Assembly: GCA_963663545.1 (NCBI GenBank)
Contig: OY760505.1
Coordinates: forward strand, 2,208,001 to 2,272,000
Direction: 5' to 3'
From: Candidatus Delongbacteria bacterium
GTDB lineage: Bacteria; CAIWAD01
DNA: 64,000 nucleotides
Positions 49,178 through 56,343 of the stretch are shown one piece after another (positions within the stretch are counted from its first letter, which is position 1; each line of letters opens with the position of its first letter). Below the pieces are notes generated by a model. It searched no databases and had not been told where the DNA came from. It saw nothing but the letters and a program-made list of their open reading frames with translations. The position numbers were made by a program, and so were the translations under genes.

Positions 49178-50098
49178 TTGTCACTATTGCATCAGATTCA
49201 GGAATCAGTAGTTCAAGAAGGGTCCGATTTGGGATCTGTTTTGCTCAAGCTTAGGCTGCTTGCTGCAAGACTAGGCAGTGAGGTTTTAGAAGAGTGGGTT
49301 AAGCATGAATCTGAGGGCTACCCAAAAGAGGCAGAACTCCCTGATTACAGAGTCATCGGTGTAAGCTATAGAGGTACTTTTTCTGGTCCGTTTGGGTCAG
49401 GTATTAAGAATGCGCAAATACCACCGTATCTTATTGAAAAGTATGCTGGGGATAGCTGGACGAACTATGAAATACGGAATAGTATTGCTGCCGTTGATGA
49501 GCTGGTTAAAAGCAGTGTCGATGGTGGCAGTTTAAGAATAGATGCCTCAAATCTCATTTTACTGTTGCAAGGCAAGGTTTATGAGGGGTACGCATGTAAT
49601 GATATTTCTGGAACAATATCGCGTGTGTCTCTTTCTGAAATTCAGCAAGCTGTGAGAAGTAGGATTCTAGAGCTTACGTTGGAGCTTGAAAAATCTATTC
49701 CCGCAGCAGCACATATTACTTTTGGTGCTCCTAAAGCTGAGCAGACGAATTCAGAGAAAGTCCAGCAAATATCACAGCAAATTATTTATGGGAATGTAAC
49801 CACTGCCGTTGCTGGTGGCTACGGGGCAAATATTGCAGTAACTATTGAAGAGCGAAATAAAGGTTCTCTAATTGAGTATCTTGAGGCTGCAGGCATACCA
49901 GAGGCTGATGCAACTGAGTTTGCCCAAATAGTAGAGGCTGAAGAGCCTACAAGTAAAGAGGAGCCATTTGGGCAAGGGGCCAAGCATTGGGTCGCTTCTA
50001 ATTTAAAGAAAGCTGCGGAGGGAACATGGAACATTGGTGTTTCCGTTGCAACAACTGTACTGACCGAAGCTGCATTAAAATTCTATGGCCTAAAGTAA
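49178..50098 (+). CDS. Cassette 1: AbiTii-like domain protein
   Basis: LLKLRLLAARLG...LEEWVKHESEGY....LPDYR matches the AbiTii pattern as recalled; TTG start with GGAG RBS. Confidence 0.75.
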   Translation: MSLLHQIQESVVQEGSDLGSVLLKLRLLAARLGSEVLEEWVKHESEGYPKEAELPDYRVIGVSYRGTFSGPFGSGIKNAQIPPYLIEKYAGDSWTNYEIRNSIAAVDELVKSSVDGGSLRIDASNLILLLQGKVYEGYACNDISGTISRVSLSEIQQAVRSRILELTLELEKSIPAAAHITFGAPKAEQTNSEKVQQISQQIIYGNVTTAVAGGYGANIAVTIEERNKGSLIEYLEAAGIPEADATEFAQIVEAEEPTSKEEPFGQGAKHWVASNLKKAAEGTWNIGVSVATTVLTEAALKFYGLK

Positions 50099-50103
50099 AT
50101 AAC

Positions 50104-50172
50104 GTATAACAAACGGCTGCTAGGGACTGCATTGCGCTGCACTCCATGCAGCCCCAGAGCCGAGCGTTAGGT
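50104..50172 (+). other. attC site 1 (69 bp)
   Basis: GTATAAC-aaacggctg-CTAGGGACTGCAT...ATGCAGCCCCAG-agccgagc-GTTAGGT. Confidence 0.9.
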
Positions 50173-50193
50173 CAACAGGTGTCAGGGGTGTAA

Positions 50194-52125
50194 ATGCCAA
50201 AAAGAACAAAGAAACACCACTCAGAGGACAGGTCACGAAACAGCTTTGCACTCACGCTACCGGAAAACTGGGTCCTAAGGGATAAAGACAAGGACTATGG
50301 AATAGACATTGAAGTAGAGGTCTTTGACAAGTCTGGAGAAGCAGCTGGGCTGGTGTTCTGGGGGCAGCTTAAAGCCACGAGTTCGACGAATCCGAGAACG
50401 ATTCGATCTGTAAGTCTCAGCATCTCTACTATTGTGTACTACAAGACCTTGGACATTCCGGTCTTACTCATTCGTTACTCTGAAATCGAAAACGCGTTCT
50501 ATTGCAAGTGGGCGCACGATATTGACCTCTACTATCGGAGGAAGGGTGCAAAGACTTATTCGGTGAAGTTTGATTCCGCGGATAAGTGGTGCCATGAGGC
50601 TCAGATAGGAGTTGAGAATGTATTGAGATGGCAACGCTCGCTAAACCGACATGGGGTTTCGTTGCCGCTTTCGATGGACGTACAGATTCATTCTGAGACC
50701 CTTTTTGGACAACCGAAGCATGTCGTGATGAGCAGGCTGAGACTTGCATTAGATCACTATTCTTCAATTCTTACGATTCCTAGAACATCTGCAAGTCCAC
50801 TATCACAGATAAAGATTGACAGCGAGCTGCTGAGAATCAAAACAGGTCCAAGAAGTTGGCTCGTGATCCATGGTGTTGATAGGATTGACAGCGAAGCGCC
50901 GTTTAATGATCTAGCTGTTGTGATTCTGTCAGGAGTTGCTACATCAATCGCACATATGGGAGAATCGGAAAAGGCAGGAGAGATCGTACTGATGCCGGAA
51001 GTATTTGACTCTCTGTTAGTCAATCAAGGGCTGTTTTGTGAGATTCTTTATCGCATGAGGTCTGGTGTCTATCTACTAAAAATCCTTGATGCGATTGGAA
51101 AGTCAATAGATTCCATTGAAGACAATCAGCTTGAGAATTTGGTTTACGCTTCAGTCATCATGCAATCAGCATGTAATACGGTTGACGATGACTATTTAGT
51201 TGAGAAGTTCATCCACCAATGTATTGGGAAGTACACTAGACTTTCAGTTAGCAGTCAAGTGGCTATCTGGCACTACAATTTGGGAAACTTTCTCAGGTCG
51301 CGACAAAGATATCGGGCATCTGTCAGTGCATACGTTCGTGCAGCAAGATTCGATGACGCGTATAAGACACGAGACTATTATTACAGGGAACTGGCTGGTT
51401 CCTTGTTCGGAGCCAATCAATTCAGTTTTGCTGCAGCGTGTTACAAGAGAGCGTATGATTTAGGGTGTGATTCAACGAGTCTTGCACTTCTTGCTGATTC
51501 ACTAATGCACTCTGGTAAGTATTCAGAGGCCCTAAAATGTTTTGAGGAGTACTTCGCTCTTGTGACGGATATTCCAGACGCTGAATGGATTCTTAAACAC
51601 TATTTGCTTAAAGAATTGTCCCGCGAATATGGAGTTGATGGCCAAATCAGGCAGCATGAGATTGCATATAGACTTGTAGGTGATGCTAGCAAACCGGAGA
51701 ATTTTGATCCTGATGCAATTAGAGCTGCCTTACGGAAGGATCTCATGTGTGGCTACGCCTGGTATAATCTTGGTATACACCAAACTGAGAGTGGCGCTCA
51801 TTTAGAAGCACGTAACAGTTTTGCCTTCTCAGCGGTACTCAACCCTTGGGATATGGAAGCCTGGGTCAATGCAATGAAGTGCTGTTTTAATGCTGGTGAC
51901 TCGCTCGATTTTCTGCAATGCCTTATTCTTGCTGGCTATCGTTTTGGCAAAAATGATTTTTTGAGCAACCTATATCAGATGCTTGGTGATGGTCTTCCAA
52001 CTGAGCTAGTAGAAGAGTTTTCAACAAGCCTCGAAGAATTGATTAGTAATCAGAAGACGAAAGCCGTTGAGAAGGAAATGCGTATGCATGGGCCAGAAGG
52101 GTTATTCATGTCTGTCGGTTACTAG
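50194..52125 (+). CDS. Cassette 2: DUF4365-like PD-(D/E)xK nuclease domain fused to TPR repeats
   Basis: DYGIDIEVEVFD...G..FWGQLKAT; C-terminal YNLGNFL, AAACYKRA, YSEALKCFEEY, AWYNLG repeats. Confidence 0.8.
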   Translation: MPKRTKKHHSEDRSRNSFALTLPENWVLRDKDKDYGIDIEVEVFDKSGEAAGLVFWGQLKATSSTNPRTIRSVSLSISTIVYYKTLDIPVLLIRYSEIENAFYCKWAHDIDLYYRRKGAKTYSVKFDSADKWCHEAQIGVENVLRWQRSLNRHGVSLPLSMDVQIHSETLFGQPKHVVMSRLRLALDHYSSILTIPRTSASPLSQIKIDSELLRIKTGPRSWLVIHGVDRIDSEAPFNDLAVVILSGVATSIAHMGESEKAGEIVLMPEVFDSLLVNQGLFCEILYRMRSGVYLLKILDAIGKSIDSIEDNQLENLVYASVIMQSACNTVDDDYLVEKFIHQCIGKYTRLSVSSQVAIWHYNLGNFLRSRQRYRASVSAYVRAARFDDAYKTRDYYYRELAGSLFGANQFSFAAACYKRAYDLGCDSTSLALLADSLMHSGKYSEALKCFEEYFALVTDIPDAEWILKHYLLKELSREYGVDGQIRQHEIAYRLVGDASKPENFDPDAIRAALRKDLMCGYAWYNLGIHQTESGAHLEARNSFAFSAVLNPWDMEAWVNAMKCCFNAGDSLDFLQCLILAGYRFGKNDFLSNLYQMLGDGLPTELVEEFSTSLEELISNQKTKAVEKEMRMHGPEGLFMSVGY

Positions 52126-52130
52126 TGTTG

Positions 52131-52436
52131 ACCTAACACATACTTGCTGCGGCCCCACGGCGTGACACGCCATTTGCTGTTGGTGAGTATTGGTGTCTTC
52201 GCATTTGTGATGCAAATGCTTCGCCATTTTGCCCATCAGCCTGGCTGGATGTTTAACGAAGACCGTAGGGTAAACTTTTGGTTGGCGTAATTCCTCGGTA
52301 CGCATGACCGGGGCAATGTTAGCTTGGTTAGGGGAAAGCCGGCAAATGTCACAGCATTTGCCTTTGGTTTCGGCCCAGAGAGATTTAGCGCAAATGTCGC
52401 GCCACAGCTCGTGTGCCGCAGAAGCCGACGTTAGAT
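52131..52436 (+). other. attC site 2, unusually long (306 bp)
   Basis: Left arm ACCTAAC-acatacttg-CTGCGGC...CATTTGC pairs with right arm GCAAATG...GCCGCAG-aagccgac-GTTAGAT; ~200 bp structured interior. Confidence 0.8.
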
Positions 52437-52489
52437 CTCATAGCAACCATCGATCAGACATAAACGGAAAAGAACAGGAGAAGCAGAAA

Positions 52490-53566
52490 GTGAAGAACGA
52501 ACTTGACATCTTTGTTTCCATGCCATATGGAAGTGATGCACATTCAGAAGGCTATTGGAAGCGTTTCTTCGAACAAGGCATAGATCCAGTGTCGGCGAAA
52601 TCAGATCAGCTCGGGTACAAACCAGTTTTTCATCGTGCTGATTTAGAACCAAGCGCATTAGATTTAAAAGAGAGTGTACAACGTTTATTAGACAAATGTG
52701 ATGTTTGTCTTGCAGTTATAACGGGCGCAAATCCGAACGTGTTTTGGGAAGTGGGATACGCGGTGGCGAAAGAGAAACCAGTAATCTATGTTGTTGAGAA
52801 GGACATTCCTGAAAAGCAATACTCACCTGTACTAGTTGCCGGCGCGCTCAAAATAATGTACGATGGAACGGTGTTTGATGATACTGATCCTGTAAGCGGG
52901 AAGTTGCGTGAGTTTCAGCAACAGATTCGTGCATTTCTTAAGGTTGCAAGAACGATAGCGGCAGGAATGCACAAACCGGCACCACAATATGCGGTTTATT
53001 GTAACAGAGAGTTAGTCGGATTACCTGAGATTGTAGCAAAGGCAACGAGGTCAGTTAGCCTAATAACGACAAATCTAAGCTATTTTGCAAACGAAGATCT
53101 GTTTAAAGTATCCTTCGAGAATGAAGAGAGATTTGCATTTGATATTCCAGTGAAAAGAGGAGTTGACGTTAAAATTCTTGCCTTGAATCCCGACAGCATC
53201 ATTGCTGAATACAGGGCAAGGCAGCTTGGCCGTGATCATGACATTGCTGGATACCGCGAGCAACTGAGAAAAGCGGCAAAATTCCTATATAAAAGATACT
53301 TACAGTATCCAAATGTTGATATAAGAATATATGATGATCTACCACTTCAGATTACTGCGATTGTCGATAATAAAGTAGTAACAAGCATAGTTAGCCGTGG
53401 ACAACAGGCAAGAAACAACATTCATGCGTCATTTGATATTGATTATGCTGGCGCAAGAGCTTCATTCGAAAAGCATATTGCAGAAGTGCTTGCACAAGTT
53501 CAAACCTGCCACATAAGCAGATTTGCTTGGGTTAGACAGTGTGATAACGGCGAAAAAGATATGTGA
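52490..53566 (+). CDS. Cassette 3: nucleoside 2-deoxyribosyltransferase-like domain fused to DUF5919/PLD-like domain
   Basis: GTG start after AGGAG; FVSMPY, RAD, TGANPNVFWEVGYA.A.EKPVI; C-terminal VKILALNPDS...RARQ...DIRIYDDLP. Confidence 0.7.
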   Translation: MKNELDIFVSMPYGSDAHSEGYWKRFFEQGIDPVSAKSDQLGYKPVFHRADLEPSALDLKESVQRLLDKCDVCLAVITGANPNVFWEVGYAVAKEKPVIYVVEKDIPEKQYSPVLVAGALKIMYDGTVFDDTDPVSGKLREFQQQIRAFLKVARTIAAGMHKPAPQYAVYCNRELVGLPEIVAKATRSVSLITTNLSYFANEDLFKVSFENEERFAFDIPVKRGVDVKILALNPDSIIAEYRARQLGRDHDIAGYREQLRKAAKFLYKRYLQYPNVDIRIYDDLPLQITAIVDNKVVTSIVSRGQQARNNIHASFDIDYAGARASFEKHIAEVLAQVQTCHISRFAWVRQCDNGEKDM

Positions 53567-53567
53567 G

Positions 53568-53696
53568 ATCTAACATCAGCTTGCAGCCGACTTTGCGCCT
53601 GTCACGTCGCTTGCACGCAAGGGGCACAAAGAGAAAACAAAAGACGCAAAGGCAAGCGCCGCGCCAGGCGCGTCGCGGCTGAAGCCAACGTTAGTA
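53568..53696 (+). other. attC site 3 (129 bp)
   Basis: ATCTAAC-atcagcttg-CAGCCG...GCGCCTG...GCTTGC / GCAAGC...CAGGCGC...CGGCTG-aagccaac-GTTAGTA. Confidence 0.9.
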
Positions 53697-53731
53697 TGGC
53701 ATCGTTCCTCCTAAATAAGAAGTGAACATCA

Positions 53732-54301
53732 ATGTTTTCAGATTACTTTGCATCAATTCCAATCATTGCGACAAAAAGATTATGCTTACGGCAATTTACG
53801 ATTGAAGACATTCCGGCATATAGGAAAGAATTTGAAAGTGAACATATTCAGAAATATCTAGGAGGAGTGTTACTTTTGAAGAATAATGAAGAAGATGCAC
53901 AAAATTGGATTCGGAATATCAATGATCGATTGCTCAAGAGAAAACTTGTATTGACGTGGCATATTGTTAATCATCAAGAACAAAGTATTGGACGGGTTGA
54001 TCTGGGCGGATTTCGCCAAAGAAAAGTTGCAGAAATCTCCTATTATATTTGGAAAGCATCGTGGGGAAATGGATACGGAACAGAAGCTGTTGAGGCCGTG
54101 ATCCGGTTTGGATTTCATCACTTGGAGCTTGAGAGAATATCAGCAACAATTCATATAGAAAACCTTGGATCGCAAAAATTGATTGAGAAGGTCGGATTGA
54201 GAAAAGAAGGAGTCTTGAGGAACTATCCTCTCGGTAAAAGCCTCCAAGATGTGTATATGTATTCAATCATTCGAGAAGAATATGGTTGTCCAAAAGTATA
54301 A
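53732..54301 (+). CDS. Cassette 4: GNAT N-acetyltransferase (RimJ/RimL-like)
   Basis: TKRLCLR, WGNGYGTEAV, ENLGSQKLIEKVGLRKEG. Confidence 0.92.
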   Translation: MFSDYFASIPIIATKRLCLRQFTIEDIPAYRKEFESEHIQKYLGGVLLLKNNEEDAQNWIRNINDRLLKRKLVLTWHIVNHQEQSIGRVDLGGFRQRKVAEISYYIWKASWGNGYGTEAVEAVIRFGFHHLELERISATIHIENLGSQKLIEKVGLRKEGVLRNYPLGKSLQDVYMYSIIREEYGCPKV

Positions 54302-54352
54302 AAGGCATGTTGCGCTGACCGAATAGGTAGCAGCAGACTCAGAGAAGACCAT

Positions 54353-54449
54353 TTCTAACGATGCGTTTGCAGACTGACTTGAATCAGACGTCGATGGGCG
54401 AAAGGCAAGCGCCGCGCCAAGCGCGTCGCGGCTGAAGCCATCGTTAGCG
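54353..54449 (+). other. attC site 4 (97 bp, degenerate left arm)
   Basis: TTCTAAC-gatgcgtttg-CAGACTG...; right arm nearly identical to that of attC3, ending GTTAGCG. Confidence 0.75.
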
Positions 54450-54462
54450 CATTACAACCACG

Positions 54463-55272
54463 ATGATCCAAAAGTCACAAATTCCCCGCATTTCGAACGC
54501 ACAGCTGGAGGCGATCTGCAAGGCCATTGCTGACACAGATCTTGGCCTGACAGGATCTGAGATTGCACGAACACTACAGCTAGCAGGAATTGATGACGTT
54601 GACGAGCGCAACACCAAGTGGAAGCGCTTGCTGAACGCCCTTGCCGCCCGAGCAAACGCGGATGGCCACGCGGCTTGCGTCTTGAGCTTCTTGCGCCACG
54701 CAATGGAGCCCGCGCGCTATTCCGGTGATTGCAACACCTTCGAGATGCGCCGTGCGGCGGTGAATGTGCCACTGGCCTTCGTTGGTTTCGAGCTACGTGC
54801 CGATGGCCGTTTTGCTCGCGTGAAGGCGGCAGCAAATCTCAGCGAGGCGGAAGCTCGCGCTGGCAGACTGCGCACGAAGCTGGAGGCGCGTGGCGTCCAT
54901 GCGAAGGTCTTTGAGTACTGCCGGGCTGAGCTGCTCGAGAACAACTGCTTTCACGCAGTGTTGGAGGCGACGAAAAGCGTGGCTGCGCAATTGCGGCAGA
55001 TGAGCGGACTGACAGGCGACGGTGCGCCTCTTGTTGACGCCTCACTTGGTGGCACGACGCCAAGGATTCGCATTAACTCGTTCGCTACCGAGTCCGAGCA
55101 GGGTGAGCAGCGCGGCTTCTGCAATCTCGTGAAGGGGCTCTTCGGCGTCTTCCGTAACCCGACTGCCCACGAACCGCGCACCGAGTGGGAAATGTCAGAA
55201 GAAGACGCGCTGGATCTATTTGTGCTTGTGTCGTATGTGCATCGTCGGCTGGAGCGCGGCACCGTGATGTAG
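54463..55272 (+). CDS. Cassette 5: TIGR02391-family protein (AbiJ-N-like N-terminus, HEPN-type RxxxxH motif)
   Basis: GLTGSEI...TKWKRL; FHAVLEATKSV...SGLTGDG; EQRGF..L.KG..G.FRNPTAHEPR. Confidence 0.85.
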   Translation: MIQKSQIPRISNAQLEAICKAIADTDLGLTGSEIARTLQLAGIDDVDERNTKWKRLLNALAARANADGHAACVLSFLRHAMEPARYSGDCNTFEMRRAAVNVPLAFVGFELRADGRFARVKAAANLSEAEARAGRLRTKLEARGVHAKVFEYCRAELLENNCFHAVLEATKSVAAQLRQMSGLTGDGAPLVDASLGGTTPRIRINSFATESEQGEQRGFCNLVKGLFGVFRNPTAHEPRTEWEMSEEDALDLFVLVSYVHRRLERGTVM

Positions 55273-55582
55273 CCTCTTCAGCAAACAACGGCACACCATC
55301 TCAACCACATCATCCGGCTCCAAGGGCTTCCTGGGAGGAGACAACATCCAGGCCACCATGGTGTTTGAGAGGGTTTTGTAGCAAGCATCGTCCATGCGAT
55401 CCCGTCCCAAGGTCTTACAAGTCACGAGTCGCTTCCCTTTCCCTACAAGCAGTGCGTCCACGATGACTATGCTGGGATAATCCTTAGCACATAGACTTAT
55501 AAGTCTTGGCCCTTCTCAACTGCATTTCCGTCAGCCATGACGCATATTCGTACTCGATACCATTCGCTCTCGAGGTGCTGCT

Positions 55583-55840
55583 ATGCAGACCAAACTCACT
55601 CTGCGACTTGATGATTCCCTCATCCAGCAAGCCAAGGCCTACTCGCGGGCCACGGGCAAGTCGCTCTCACGGATTGTTGCCGATTACTTCGCGCTGCTCG
55701 CTGTTACGCCCGCTGATGAGCTGCCGGAAATCACGCCGACTGTGCGAAAGCTTAGGGGTGCTCTTAAGGGCGCTGACGCAGATCGTTCCGACTATCGTGA
55801 GTACTTGGAGAAGAAGTCGCGTGTATCACAAGACATCTAG
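55583..55840 (+). CDS. DUF6364-like ribbon-helix-helix antitoxin
   Basis: MQTKLTLRLD..LI..AK.YS...GKSLSRIV.DYF. Confidence 0.8.
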   Translation: MQTKLTLRLDDSLIQQAKAYSRATGKSLSRIVADYFALLAVTPADELPEITPTVRKLRGALKGADADRSDYREYLEKKSRVSQDI

Positions 55841-56157
55841 CATTGGCCGAAGACGAGCCTCGCTGTGTTTATCCGCCGAAATCTAGAAGCCTATCTCACC
55901 AGAGCCCTCGACTAGGATCGCCACCCCCTATTCACAAACCCGCAACCAATCCCATTCATCCTGTATCACATCTCGCGCTGTATCACAGCCGAGCCGCTTC
56001 ATCACTAAGGACGAAGGCGCGCACTTGTTGTAACACAGAGAGACCTGAAGGCCTATGGACGAAGCTGCGCATCTAGCAAACGTCATTCTGTAGGGAGTTT
56101 ATGTGCGCCGCTTCGTCGAGGTGCTGGCAGCGCAGCTGGCGGCACACGCTCGCCGAG

Positions 56158-56197
56158 GTAAAGAAAAGGGGCGTCGCGAGACGCCCCTTTTCTTTAC
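56158..56197 (-). terminator. Terminator of tRNA-Thr (potentially bidirectional)
   Basis: Perfect 18-bp inverted repeat GTAAAGAAAAGGGGCGTC-GCGA-GACGCCCCTTTTCTTTAC. Confidence 0.88.
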
Positions 56198-56199
56198 AC

Positions 56200-56272
<73 letters not shown>

Positions 56273-56343
56273 AACGAGACCCCAAGTTTAGCACCCGGGA
56301 TCTACATTTTCAAGATGCAAGCCCGGCAAGCGAGAGGAAGTTC

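Larger units (their letters stand above)
49134..55272 (+). mobile_element. Integron gene-cassette array, five cassettes, no integrase visible (CALIN-like)
   Basis: Co-oriented, mostly low-GC single genes, each starting at a GTT core site and separated by four attC-like imperfect inverted repeats. Confidence 0.88.

Noticed and set aside
52304..52489. N-terminal 62 aa of the 420-aa ORF
   Set aside because: Runs through attC2; GTG 52490 has a good RBS and begins the recognisable domain
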